Source: Gaiellaceae bacterium
GTDB taxonomy: Bacteria > Actinomycetota > Thermoleophilia > Gaiellales > Gaiellaceae
Direction: 5' to 3'
Assembly: GCA_035265935.1 (NCBI GenBank)
Contig: DATFOC010000076.1
Span: 4,084-68,083 of the forward strand
DNA length: 64,000 nt
In this document: in pieces, positions 1 through 8,757 of the stretch
How the letters are laid out: each line of letters starts with the position of its first letter
Position numbering within the stretch: the first letter of the stretch is position 1
Notes under the pieces: model-generated
Databases searched by the model: none
Told to the model about the DNA's origin: nothing
The model's input: the letters and a program-made list of their open reading frames with translations, nothing else
Translations under genes and position numbers: made by a program

Positions 1-336
1 GCGAGGGAGCATCCCCTTGACCGCCTTGCGCAGCACCTCGGTCGGCCTGCGGTCGAGCTGCTCGCGCAGCGTGCGCGTCCGCAGCCCTCCGGGGTAGCCC
101 GAGTGCCGGTGGTAGAGCTTCTCATCGAGCTTCTTGCCGGTGACGGCGATCTTCTCCGCGTTCACGACGACGACGAAGTCACCCGTATCCACGTGCGGCG
201 TGTACTGGGCCTTGTGCTTGCCGCGGAGCGTGTCCGCGATGCGCGTCGCGAGACGCCCGAGGGTCTGCCCCTCGGCGTCGACGACGTACCAGCGGCGATC
301 GACCTCGCCCGGCTTTGCGTTCCAGGTTTTGCCCAT
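1..336 (-). CDS. rplM: 50S ribosomal protein L13 (N-terminal part; C-terminus runs off the left edge)
   Basis: Own translation of the minus strand from ATG (rc of 334-336) gives [57 protein letters not shown]..., a canonical L13 N-terminus. It is absent from the ORF track because there is no stop in the window. Confidence 0.9.
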   Translation of the reverse strand, partial: MGKTWNAKPGEVDRRWYVVDAEGQTLGRLATRIADTLRGKHKAQYTPHVDTGDFVVVVNAEKIAVTGKKLDEKLYHRHSGYPGGLRTRTLREQLDRRPTEVLRKAVKGMLPR

Positions 337-506
337 ACGGAAAAGAGGCGGACACACCGGCCCGCCGACGCCCGATGGTAGCAATCAGCGCTCTTCGCCG
401 TCCTTGCGGCCCCCGACCCAGACGGCGAGACCGATCGCGACGATCAGGAGGGCCGCCGTGACCTCGACCACCGCGCCGGCGACCCCGCCATGGGCGAACA
501 GCGGGA

Positions 507-1889
507 CTAGCCCGAGGAGAGCAGCCACAGCCCCGTGCACGTGTAGAGCACCATCAGCGCGAGCATCGCGTACTGGGTACGGATCGCCGTCTGCGCCGAC
601 GAGAAGAGCGCGATCGCCTTGTCGTGCGCGAGCACCAGGCCGAGGACGTGCCCGACGACGAGCACGCCCACCTGGACGTACCAGATCGTGTTGGGCCCAA
701 AGACGTTCTCGGCCGGCTGGAAGTCCGCCGTCCCGAAGATGTCCCAACCCTTCCCGAAGGGATCGGAGGCCAGGAAGATCGCGTCCTGCCCGGCGTCCAC
801 GAGCAGCGTGAAGTAGTGGGCGACCGAGTAGGCGAGCGCGATCGGGATGAGGCTGCCGATGAAGGCTCCGGCGAGGTTGACGTCGGTGTGCCCGATCCGC
901 TTCGCGACATAGACGGCGAGCGAGTACAGCGCGCCGATGGCGACCACCGCCGTGAGCAGGCCGACGAAGTTGAACCCCATCGAGACGAGATCCGCCTTCG
1001 TCGGCGACTCGACGATGTACCTGACCTCGAGCTCGTACAGCTGGTCCTGCCACCACGTCGCCCGGCTGAGCCCGTCGAAGGCGACCGAGCCGAGCATCAC
1101 CGACACGAACGCAACGGTGCCGGGGTGCGAGTCGCCCGCGGCCAGGCTCGACAGCGGCGTGCGGACGACAGCCCGGCGACGCCCGTCCACATCCCTGACG
1201 GCGAACGCGGAGATCCGCGAGAGCAGCCCGAAGTAGACGGCGAAGGCCTCGCCGTTCTCGAGCCAGGGACGGCGGCCGTAGATCAGCATGCCCGCCCAGG
1301 TGATCCAGCTGTAAACGACGATCGCGAGGGCGAGGGTCCGCGGCTCCGCCGACCGTGGCCAGGCGAGCTCGAGCGTCGCGAAGGCGAGGAACAGCACGGC
1401 TGCGGGCCAACGCCCCAGGCGCTCCGGGTAATCGGCGGCGGCCTCCCAATCTCGGCCGAGCTTCGCCCACAGCCAGGCCACGCCGTCCGCAGCCGCGCTC
1501 CACGGGTTCAGGAGGATCCAGACGTTCCCGAACAGCACAACGATCGGGACGAGCCCGAGCCAGAAGACGACCCAGATGAAGACCGGCGCGATGTTGTCGC
1601 CCGCATCGGGCCTGCCGAAGAGCGCGGCCAACCAGACGACGACCAGGAGCCCGAACGAGAGCCCGCCGAAGATGATCCGCCAGCCCGGCCACAAGAGGAA
1701 GCGCTGCCACGGGTCGGCGAGCGGCCTACCGGCCTCGTGGCCGGTCAGCCGGGGCTGCTTCCAGAGGACGGCGAGGGCGACGAAGGAAAGGATCAGGATC
1801 AGCGAGGCCGCGTAGTAGAAGAGCCAGCGCGGAACCGGTAGGTCTTGGATCTGGCCAAGGCCATGTGCGAGAGGGAGGGCGATCGTCAT
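507..1889 (-). CDS. Polytopic integral membrane protein, function unknown
   Basis: 460-aa ORF with many hydrophobic segments (LFYYAASLILILSFVALAVLW, IFIWVVFWLGLVPIVVLFG...). Its ATG overlaps the stop of the upstream cupredoxin-like gene (ATGA). Confidence 0.7.
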   Translation of the reverse strand: MTIALPLAHGLGQIQDLPVPRWLFYYAASLILILSFVALAVLWKQPRLTGHEAGRPLADPWQRFLLWPGWRIIFGGLSFGLLVVVWLAALFGRPDAGDNIAPVFIWVVFWLGLVPIVVLFGNVWILLNPWSAAADGVAWLWAKLGRDWEAAADYPERLGRWPAAVLFLAFATLELAWPRSAEPRTLALAIVVYSWITWAGMLIYGRRPWLENGEAFAVYFGLLSRISAFAVRDVDGRRRAVVRTPLSSLAAGDSHPGTVAFVSVMLGSVAFDGLSRATWWQDQLYELEVRYIVESPTKADLVSMGFNFVGLLTAVVAIGALYSLAVYVAKRIGHTDVNLAGAFIGSLIPIALAYSVAHYFTLLVDAGQDAIFLASDPFGKGWDIFGTADFQPAENVFGPNTIWYVQVGVLVVGHVLGLVLAHDKAIALFSSAQTAIRTQYAMLALMVLYTCTGLWLLSSG

Positions 1890-2323
1890 CCTTGCGTCGT
1901 AATGCGGGCGATCTGGACGCCGGTGTCCTCCAGCTCGGCCTCGACAGTGCCGAGGATAGTCGCCCGGAACGCGATGCGCGCAGGCTGTCCTGGCCCGACT
2001 TCGCGAATCACGTTATAGCCGTGGAGATGGACGGTGTCCGGGGCGTCCGAGGTGACGTTGAGAATCACGGGCCGACCGCGTGAGACCGTGATGCGGCGGG
2101 GGCCGCCGACGGGAAGGCCGCCACGAACGACGATCCGCACCTGTGCCGGAGGCGGCCGCCCGGGCGGAGGCGGCGGAGGAGCGGTGGCCGTCCCCGTGGT
2201 GGTCGCCTCGGTGGTCGCCGGAGGCGGGGTCGCCGTCGGCTCGTCGGTGTCGTCCGGGCGGAACACGAGGTACAGCCCAGCAGCCACGACGATGGCGATC
2301 CCGACGATCAGAATGCGATTCAC
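1886..2323 (-). CDS. Membrane-anchored cupredoxin-like domain protein
   Basis: 145 aa: N-terminal TM helix, Pro/Thr-rich linker, then a ~90-aa beta-type domain with VILNVTSDAPDTVHLHGY, typical of small cupredoxin-like proteins. GTG start overlaps the upstream stop (GTGA). Confidence 0.55.
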   Translation of the reverse strand: MNRILIVGIAIVVAAGLYLVFRPDDTDEPTATPPPATTEATTTGTATAPPPPPPGRPPPAQVRIVVRGGLPVGGPRRITVSRGRPVILNVTSDAPDTVHLHGYNVIREVGPGQPARIAFRATILGTVEAELEDTGVQIARITTQG

Positions 2324-2889
2324 CGCTGGATGGATAGCAGGAGACCGGCCGTGAACTCGGCGGCACCACCGTGCGAGGGGTGCCGGACGTACTCGCCGCC
2401 GAGCACGGCGTGCGCCACACGGCCGACGGCGATCGGGACCCGGCCGACCAGCAACTCCTCGAGAAACGGCATGCCGCCACGTATTTCGACCGTCGTCGGC
2501 CGCCGGTTCGCGCCAACCGTCCCCGGATGGCTCGGCACCACGTTCCAGAGCAGCACGTCGTCCGCGATTCCGAGCTCGTCGAGCGTGCGCTGGACGATCG
2601 TCGCGGTCGCCTCCGCAGGCCCGGTTCCGGTCAGCTGGCGCTGGGACGTGAACGGGATCCCGCTCACGCGCGCGCCGCGATAGCCGGCGGCTTCGCCGAC
2701 GAGGACGTAACGCGCCTCTCGGCGCCGCTCGAGATACCCGCCGAGCCGGTCGCGACAGACGGCCGACTCCGCGTACTGGTTGAACGTCCGGCCGATCCGC
2801 GCCGCGGCGAGCCGTCGCACGAACGCACGAACGTTTAGGGGTCGGCGAAGGTCGGAATCAGAAACAGACACTTCCGAGGAGGTAAGCAT
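2320..2889 (-). CDS. Uracil-DNA glycosylase superfamily protein
   Basis: ORF 2320..2970 contains the UDG-like motif VLVGEAAGYRGARVSGIPFTS and a C-terminal HPSHGG. I prefer the internal ATG at 2889 (MLTSSEV...). The start is uncertain. Confidence 0.65.
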   Translation of the reverse strand: MLTSSEVSVSDSDLRRPLNVRAFVRRLAAARIGRTFNQYAESAVCRDRLGGYLERRREARYVLVGEAAGYRGARVSGIPFTSQRQLTGTGPAEATATIVQRTLDELGIADDVLLWNVVPSHPGTVGANRRPTTVEIRGGMPFLEELLVGRVPIAVGRVAHAVLGGEYVRHPSHGGAAEFTAGLLLSIQR

Positions 2890-3013
2890 GCGTATCCGTG
2901 TCCCGACGAAGTCGCGGCGCAGCAGAACACCATGGGTGGTCGCCGGGCTCGCGGCTGCCGGTGTCGCCATCGCCGGCGCGGCAGCGGCGCGAAAGTTCCG
3001 GTCCGACGACTAG
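2888..3013 (+). CDS. Small (41 aa) single-TM protein
   Basis: ATG at 2888 is preceded by a strong SD (GAGGAGG, 5-nt spacer). Product is MRIRVPTKSRRSRTPWVVAGLAAAGVAIAGAAAARKFRSDD: basic N-terminus, hydrophobic helix, charged tail. Confidence 0.4.
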   Translation: MRIRVPTKSRRSRTPWVVAGLAAAGVAIAGAAAARKFRSDD

Positions 3014-3049
3014 CCCTCGCCGGCCGCGCAGGCACCGGCATCCGGGAAG

Positions 3050-4108
3050 ATGCGCGGCGTGCTCGAGGTGAGAACGCTGACCGACGGGGGCCAGACCCCC
3101 GTCGCGGTGGCGGAGCAGATCGCCGCCTTTGTGGGCGGTGCCCGGTCGACACTGGACTTCGCCCACTACGACTTCAATCTCGACGGCGACACGGCCGGGA
3201 TCGTCGGCAGCGCGATCAAGGCGGCAGCGGCACGAGGCGTGACTGTGCGGTTCGTCTACAACCTCGACCACCGGAACCCGATCCCCGTGCCGCCGCCGCC
3301 CGAGCCCGACGGGCTGCTGATCGCGTCTCTCGAGGTGCCCGTACGGGCGATCGCCGGCGTGCCGGACCTGATGCACCACAAGTACGTCGTGCGGGACAAC
3401 GAGTCGGTCTGGACGGGCTCGACCAACTGGACCGAGGATTCGTGGTTACGGCAGGAGAACGTGATCGTGATCGCGGAGTCCCGCGAGCTGGCCGTGCGCT
3501 TCACCGAGAACTTCGACGAGCTCTGGGACACGGGCGCGGTCGAACGCAGCGGCTTCGTCACCCCGCGGCCCGTGCCCGTCGGGAACCTCCGCGTGCGGCC
3601 GTGGTTCGCGCCGGGGAACGGCGAAGGCCTGTCGCACCGGATCGGCAAGGCGATCGGACGGGCGCGCAGGCGCGTGCGGATCGCGTCACCCGTCATCACC
3701 GCGGCTCCCGTCCTCTCGACGCTCGCGGAGAAGATCTCAGAAGGCGCGCTCGACATCGCCGGCTGCGTCGACCAACCCCAGGTTCAGGGCGTCATCTACC
3801 AGTGGCGCCAGAACGGCAACATCTCGTGGAAGCTGCCGCTGCTCGAGCGGGTGATGCAGGCGCCGTTCTCGGGCAAGCGCTCGACGCCCTGGGGACCGGG
3901 AACGCTCCACGACTTCATGCACGCGAAGGTCACCGTTGCGGACGACACGGTCTTCACGGGGAGCTTCAACCTGTCGCGGTCGGGTGAGCTGAACGCGGAG
4001 AACGTGCTCGAGTTCGAGGATCCCGCGCTGGCCGACCGGCTCGCCCGCTACATCGACGAGGTGCGGGCCCGCTACCCGGTGTTCACGGTCGAGCGCTCAG
4101 TCGTATGA
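3050..4108 (+). CDS. Phospholipase D-like (two HKD motifs) protein
   Basis: 352 aa with two HxK(x4)D motifs: HHKYVVRDNESVWTGSTNWT and HAKVTVADDTVFTGSFNLS. Confidence 0.85.
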   Translation: MRGVLEVRTLTDGGQTPVAVAEQIAAFVGGARSTLDFAHYDFNLDGDTAGIVGSAIKAAAARGVTVRFVYNLDHRNPIPVPPPPEPDGLLIASLEVPVRAIAGVPDLMHHKYVVRDNESVWTGSTNWTEDSWLRQENVIVIAESRELAVRFTENFDELWDTGAVERSGFVTPRPVPVGNLRVRPWFAPGNGEGLSHRIGKAIGRARRRVRIASPVITAAPVLSTLAEKISEGALDIAGCVDQPQVQGVIYQWRQNGNISWKLPLLERVMQAPFSGKRSTPWGPGTLHDFMHAKVTVADDTVFTGSFNLSRSGELNAENVLEFEDPALADRLARYIDEVRARYPVFTVERSVV

Positions 4109-4468
4109 GAGGAACTCGAGCAGGCTGCCGTCCGGGTCGCGGAAGTAGACGCTCGTGATCCGGCCGCGGGGGAACTCCGCCGAGTGAGGCCCCGCCTCGA
4201 TCGGCACTCCGAGCCGCTGAAGATGCTCGACCGCCTCCTCGATGGTCCCGTCCCAACGGAAACAGAGGTCGCTGTTGCCGGGCTTGACCGGCAGCTGCGC
4301 GTTGAGCCCCTCGAACCCGGGCCCATGGACATTGAGCTGCCAGTCGTCGAAAACGTAGAAGCCGAACCACTCGTCCCGCTGGACGATCTCAGCGCCGAGC
4401 ACGTCGCGGTAGAACGCGTTCGAGCGCCCCCAGTCGGAGACGGCGATCACACAGTGGTCGAGTCTCAC
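4097..4468 (-). CDS. VOC / glyoxalase-bleomycin resistance family protein
   Basis: C-terminal 123 aa of ORF 4097..4738 (VRLDHCVIAVSDWGRSNAFYRDVLGAE...VYFRDPDGSLLEF) is a typical VOC fold. GTG at 4468 overlaps the nitroreductase stop (GTGA). Confidence 0.75.
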   Translation of the reverse strand: MRLDHCVIAVSDWGRSNAFYRDVLGAEIVQRDEWFGFYVFDDWQLNVHGPGFEGLNAQLPVKPGNSDLCFRWDGTIEEAVEHLQRLGVPIEAGPHSAEFPRGRITSVYFRDPDGSLLEFLSYD

Positions 4469-5076
4469 CAGCGCTCCCAGCGGACGACGTCGTCGCGCGC
4501 CTTCCGGCGCCGGGTGAAAACGCTGGCCCCGGCGCTCGGCTGATCGTCCGTTCCCGCCGGGTAGCCCATCGTCACCACCGCGACGAAGCGGACGTCTTCC
4601 GGCAGCCCCAGGGTCTTCGAAAGTCCCTCGAGGTCGGTGACCCCGAAGATCGCGGTGTCGAGGCCCTCGTCGATCGCGGCCAGCATCAGCGTCATCGCGG
4701 CGGCGCCGGCGTCGACGAACCAGTACGGGGCGGGCCACTCGATCTCCCGCCCGCCGGTGATCTTCAGCTTGTCCTGCTGCCGATACCGGTCGTGGTAGTC
4801 GTCCTCGCGCGTAAGGACGACCATGTGGACGGGTGCGGCCGCCTTCCAGCGCTGTCGGCCTTGCGCGGTGAGCTCGTCCTCCTTCGCGGCCGTTGCGATC
4901 TCCTTCCGGGTCTCCGGATCCGTGACGACGACGATGCGAAGACCCTGAGAGAAGCCGGCGCTCGGCGCCCAGACGACGGCCGCGTCCGCGATCCGCTCGA
5001 GCACCTCATGCGGCACCTCTCGCTCGGCGTAGGTTCGGACGCTCCGCCGCCGGGTCAGGACGTCGCGGAAGTCCAC
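4465..5076 (-). CDS. Nitroreductase family protein
   Basis: 203 aa. N-terminus MDFRDVLTRRRSVRTYAEREVP and the later AIFGV...GYPA region match the FMN nitroreductase fold. Confidence 0.85.
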   Translation of the reverse strand: MDFRDVLTRRRSVRTYAEREVPHEVLERIADAAVVWAPSAGFSQGLRIVVVTDPETRKEIATAAKEDELTAQGRQRWKAAAPVHMVVLTREDDYHDRYRQQDKLKITGGREIEWPAPYWFVDAGAAAMTLMLAAIDEGLDTAIFGVTDLEGLSKTLGLPEDVRFVAVVTMGYPAGTDDQPSAGASVFTRRRKARDDVVRWERW

Positions 5077-5086
5077 GGAGACTCGG

Positions 5087-5491
5087 TTAGATCCCGATCA
5101 GGACTGCGCCCGCCGGCTCCGCCTCGAGATGTCCCTGCTCGATCTGCTCGGCGATCCGGTTCTCGATCCGGCCGAGGCCGATGCGGTGTGTCGTGCGCCA
5201 GGTGTGCGTCTCCGCGGGCGGCCCATCGGTGTGCGCGCGGATGTTCGGCCGCGCGAAGCTGAGCCCGCGCTCCAGGAGCCAGATCACGAAAAGCGGGACG
5301 ACTACGACCCACGTGAACCAGCCGGCGCCGTCGACCGAGATCAGCCGGACGATGAACACCAGCATGATCGCGGTGGCGATCAGGCTGGGCCAGAAGAACG
5401 GCTCCTGTCGTCGTTCCGCGAACGACTTGCCTTGCGAGATGCGCTCGAGGGCCCAGGTCCTGCCGTCAGGCGAGCGAACGGTGCGTGCCAC
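5087..5491 (-). CDS. Membrane protein, function unknown
   Basis: 134 aa with two central hydrophobic helices (FFWPSLIATAIMLVFIVRLI, WFTWVVVVPLFVIWLL). Confidence 0.6.
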   Translation of the reverse strand: MARTVRSPDGRTWALERISQGKSFAERRQEPFFWPSLIATAIMLVFIVRLISVDGAGWFTWVVVVPLFVIWLLERGLSFARPNIRAHTDGPPAETHTWRTTHRIGLGRIENRIAEQIEQGHLEAEPAGAVLIGI

Positions 5492-5508
5492 GGGCGCCGA
5501 TCATACGC

Positions 5509-5703
5509 TCAGGCAATGGCTGCGACCAAGAGCACGAGCATGACGATCGCCCCGAGCACGAGCAGCGCGAGGGTGATCGCCGCGCCGAGCAGAATGCGCC
5601 TCGCACCCTGCGTCAGCCGTGCCGGCAGCGGGCGCGGATCGTCCGCCGTGAGGATCCGGAACGCGCGCCGCAGTACCCAGAAGCCGACCAGCCGGTAGAC
5701 CAT
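5509..5703 (-). CDS. Small (64 aa) membrane protein
   Basis: ORF with a C-terminal hydrophobic helix (LLGAAITLALLVLGAIVMLVLLVAAIA). It fits exactly between neighbouring genes. Confidence 0.4.
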   Translation of the reverse strand: MVYRLVGFWVLRRAFRILTADDPRPLPARLTQGARRILLGAAITLALLVLGAIVMLVLLVAAIA

Positions 5704-5733
5704 CGCGCTACTCCTTCCCAGGAGCGCGCCGGC

Positions 5734-7308
5734 TTACTCCCACTCGATCGTGCTGGGCGGCTTCGAGGAGATGTCGAGCGCGACGCGGTTCACGCCCGGG
5801 ATCTCGTTGATGACCCGGCTCGAGATCGTCTCGAGCAGGTCGTAGGGCAGACGCGCCCAGTCCGCGGTCATGGCGTCCTCGGAGGTGACCGCCCGGATCA
5901 CGATCGGGTACGCGTACGTCCGCTCGTCGCCCTGCACGCCCACCGAGCGGATTGCCGGCAGCACGGCGAAGGATTGCCAGAAGTCGCGGTAGAGCCCGGC
6001 GCGCCGGACCTCCTCCTGGAGGATCGCGTCCGCCTCGCGCAGGATTTCCAGCCGCTCACGCGTGACCTCGCCGATGATGCGGATCGCGAGGCCCGGGCCT
6101 GGGAACGGCTGGCGCCAGACCATCCGTTCGGGGAGGCCGAGCTCCTCGCCGACGCGGCGCACCTCGTCCTTGAAGAGCAGCCGCAGCGGCTCGACGAGAT
6201 CGAAGTCGACCTCCTCCGGCAAGCCGCCGACGTTGTGGTGCGACTTGATCATCGCCGCGACACCTTCCGTCCCGCCCGACTCGATCACGTCCGAGTAGAG
6301 CGTGCCCTGGACGAGGTAGCGGATCCGCCCAAGGCGCTTCGCTTCGTCCTCGAACACGCGGATGAACTCCTCGCCTACGCGCTTGCGCTTCTCCTCCGGG
6401 TCGTCGATGCCGTCGAGCCGGTCGAGGAACCTGTCCTGGGCCTCTACATGGACGAGCGGGACGTTGAAGTGGCCCTGGAAGGTCTCGACAACCTGCGCTC
6501 CCTCTTCCTTTCGCAACAGCCCGTGGTCGACGAATACGCAGGTGAGCTGGTCGCCGATCGCCTTGTGCACGAGCAGCGCGGCCACCGCCGAGTCCACCCC
6601 GCCGGAGAGCGCGCAGAGAACGCGCTCGGAGCCGACCTGCGCGCGAATGCGCTCGACCTGCTCCTCGATCACCGCGGCCGCGGTCCAGGTGGGCGGCGCC
6701 TCCGCGACGCCGTAGAGGAAGTTCTTGAGGACATCCTGTCCGTGCGCCGTGTGCACCACCTCGGGGTGGAACTGGACACCGTAGAGGCCGCGCTCGCGCG
6801 CCTCGAAGGCCGCGATGGGCGTGGACGGCGAGGACGCCGTCACCTGGGCGTACTCCGGCGGCGCGGTGACGGAATCGCGATGGCTCATCCAAACGACCTG
6901 CTCCTCGGGTGTGTCCTCCAGCAACGCGCCGCCGGCGGAGCGAAGGTCGGCGCGGCCGAACTCGGAGCCGCCGGTCCGCTCCACCCTGCCGCCGAGATCG
7001 AGCGCCATCAGCTGCATGCCGTAGCAGATGCCGAGCGTCGGGATCCCGAGCTCCCAAACCGCCTCGTCGAGCTTGGGCGCCTCGTCGGCGTACACGGATG
7101 CCGGCCCGCCGCTGAGGATCAGGGCACGCGGGTTCCGCGCCCGGATCGCCTGCGCCGGCGTTCGGTGTGAGACGAGCTCCGAGTACACCCGAGCCTCACG
7201 GACGCGCCTGGCGATCAGCTGCGAGTACTGGCCGCCGAAGTCCACGACCAGGACCGGCCGGTCTTCGACTGAAGGCTCGCGCTCCGGAAGCGGGACAACT
7301 TGCCCCAC
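5734..7308 (-). CDS. guaA: GMP synthase (glutamine-hydrolysing)
   Basis: 524 aa with a GATase domain (ICYGMQLM), ATP-PPase SGGVDS motif and canonical C-terminus KPPSTIEWE. Confidence 0.97.
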   Translation of the reverse strand: MGQVVPLPEREPSVEDRPVLVVDFGGQYSQLIARRVREARVYSELVSHRTPAQAIRARNPRALILSGGPASVYADEAPKLDEAVWELGIPTLGICYGMQLMALDLGGRVERTGGSEFGRADLRSAGGALLEDTPEEQVVWMSHRDSVTAPPEYAQVTASSPSTPIAAFEARERGLYGVQFHPEVVHTAHGQDVLKNFLYGVAEAPPTWTAAAVIEEQVERIRAQVGSERVLCALSGGVDSAVAALLVHKAIGDQLTCVFVDHGLLRKEEGAQVVETFQGHFNVPLVHVEAQDRFLDRLDGIDDPEEKRKRVGEEFIRVFEDEAKRLGRIRYLVQGTLYSDVIESGGTEGVAAMIKSHHNVGGLPEEVDFDLVEPLRLLFKDEVRRVGEELGLPERMVWRQPFPGPGLAIRIIGEVTRERLEILREADAILQEEVRRAGLYRDFWQSFAVLPAIRSVGVQGDERTYAYPIVIRAVTSEDAMTADWARLPYDLLETISSRVINEIPGVNRVALDISSKPPSTIEWE

Positions 7309-8465
7309 TAGCCCATCCCGATCTGCTGCGCCTTCTGGAGCCCCTTGCCCTCGGTCTTGATCGCCGGCGCCAGCATGATCTCGGCCTTCTGGAAGTCATG
7401 GATCGACTCGTAGCCGCAGGTCGCCATGGCGGTGCGCAACGCCCCCATCAGGTTCAGCGTTCCGTCGTTCTCGGTCGCCGGGCCGATCACGATCTCCTCC
7501 AGCGTGGCGGGCTGGTCGACCTGCACGCGGGCACCGCGGGGAAGCGTCGGGTGGAACGTCGCCATCCCCCAGTGGTAGCCGCGGCCTGGCGCCTCCTTGG
7601 CGCGGGCGAGCGGTGAGCCGACCATGACGGCGTCGGCGCCGCAGGCGATCGCCTTCGCGATGTCGCCACCGGTTCGCATCCCGCCATCGGCGATCACGTT
7701 CACGTAGTTGCCGGTCTCGAGCAGATGCTGGACACGTGCCGCGCTGGCGTCCGAGATCGCCGTCGCCTGTGGAACACCGACGCCGAGCACGCCGCGTGTC
7801 GTGCACGCCGCTCCCGGCCCGACGCCGACGAGCACCGCTTCGGCGCCCGTCCTCATCAGGTGCAGCGCCGTCTGGTACGAGGCGCAGCCGCCGACGATCA
7901 CCGGAATCGGGATCTCCGCGATGAACTCCTTCAGGTTCAGGGCGGCCCCGTTGGACGAGACGTGCTCGGCCGAGACGACCGTTCCCTGGATGACGAGGAC
8001 GTCGAGCCCGGCGGCAAGCGCGATCTCGTAGTGGTCGCGGACCCGCTGAGGCGTCAGCGAGCCGGCGACGAGGACGCCTCTCGACTTGATCTCCTCGATC
8101 CGCCGCGCGATCAGCCGGGGCTCGACCGGCTGCTCGTAGATCTTCTGCATCATCGCCGTTGCCTTCTCCTTGGGCGCCTTGGCGATCTTGGTCAGCTGGA
8201 TGTCCGCGTCGTCGTAGCGGCTGAAGATCCCCTCGAGGTTGAGGACGCCCAGGCCTCCGAGCTCCCCGAGCTTGATCGCGATCTCCGGCGACACCACCCC
8301 GTCCATCGCGGAGCCGAGCAGCGGCAGCTCCAGCAGGTGCGGGCCGAGCTTCCAGCCGATGTCGACGTCCTGTGGGTCTCGCGTCCGTCGGCTCGGCACG
8401 ATCGCGATGTCGTCGAAGCCGTAGGCCTGACGCGCCTTCTTCCCTCGCCCGATCTCAATCTCCAT
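7308..8465 (-). CDS. guaB3: GuaB3-type IMP dehydrogenase-related protein
   Basis: 385 aa. [31 protein letters not shown]... and an IMPDH-like TIM barrel without a CBS insert, as in actinobacterial GuaB3. Strong SD AGGAGGAG. Confidence 0.9.
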   Translation of the reverse strand: MEIEIGRGKKARQAYGFDDIAIVPSRRTRDPQDVDIGWKLGPHLLELPLLGSAMDGVVSPEIAIKLGELGGLGVLNLEGIFSRYDDADIQLTKIAKAPKEKATAMMQKIYEQPVEPRLIARRIEEIKSRGVLVAGSLTPQRVRDHYEIALAAGLDVLVIQGTVVSAEHVSSNGAALNLKEFIAEIPIPVIVGGCASYQTALHLMRTGAEAVLVGVGPGAACTTRGVLGVGVPQATAISDASAARVQHLLETGNYVNVIADGGMRTGGDIAKAIACGADAVMVGSPLARAKEAPGRGYHWGMATFHPTLPRGARVQVDQPATLEEIVIGPATENDGTLNLMGALRTAMATCGYESIHDFQKAEIMLAPAIKTEGKGLQKAQQIGMG

Positions 8466-8477
8466 GGGCTCCTCCTA

Positions 8478-8517
8478 GAAGCACAAAGGCCCAGGCTCCT
8501 CGCGGTTGGCCTGGGCC
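8478..8517 (-). terminator. GC-rich hairpin plus T-rich tail on the minus strand (terminator or attenuator) just upstream of the guaB3 SD
   Basis: GGCCCAGGC (8488-8496) pairs with GCCTGGGCC (8509-8517) around a 12-nt loop. On the minus strand it is followed by TTTGTGCTTC, then AGGAGGAG-ATG of guaB3. Confidence 0.4.
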
Positions 8518-8585
8518 GAAAGACCTCGCTGTGTCAATCCCTTTCAATCGAGAATCGATCGTAACAGCGGGCCTTGACGGCATCG

Positions 8586-8754
8586 GGAGGGCTTGGTGGA
8601 ACGTCGCTCGTCGCAGGCGTGCGATGCTCGTTCCGAGGCAAGGACGCAGGGAGCGTTCGTATCGATGAGATACGGGCGCGAACTGAGGACGCAGACCTCG
8701 GGGCGAAGCAGCGCGGCGGCCCTGCGGCACAGTCGTCGTTTCGCCAAGCCCTCC
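8586..8754. repeat. Foldback element B: 169-nt long imperfect hairpin
   Basis: GGAGGGCTTGG (8586-8596) pairs perfectly with CCAAGCCCTCC (8744-8754). The helix continues inward (8597-8606/8734-8743, 8610-8617/8721-8728, 8621-8638/8696-8714) to an apical hairpin at 8653-8679. Confidence 0.7.
8652..8680. promoter_or_regulatory. Apex dyad AGCG-TT-C-GTATC-GATGA-GATAC-G-GG-CGCG
   Basis: The same 29-bp dyad architecture occurs at 10807-10835 and 61738-61766, with an AT-rich core in a GC-rich context. Confidence 0.5.
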
Positions 8755-8757
8755 TTA

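Noticed and set aside
385-470. Possible 28-aa TM peptide (VEVTAALLIVAIGLAVWVGGRKDGEER) between the membrane protein gene and rplM
   Set aside because: It is only the tail of a long spurious antisense-frame ORF. It has a weak SD, and Ala/Leu/Val-rich peptides arise easily in GC-rich sequence. It cannot be supported without conservation or Ribo-seq data.
5485-7170. 561-aa ORF on the + strand
   Set aside because: It is entirely antisense to the unambiguous guaA gene. It has Arg/Pro/Asp-rich, low-information composition, typical of spurious long ORFs in very GC-rich DNA.
8586-8754. Element B as 6S RNA, or as a known purine, ZTP or cyclic-dinucleotide riboswitch
   Set aside because: The rod lacks the large central bubble of 6S RNA. 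I could not find the conserved cores of the purine or ZTP (pfl) riboswitches. It is left unassigned.
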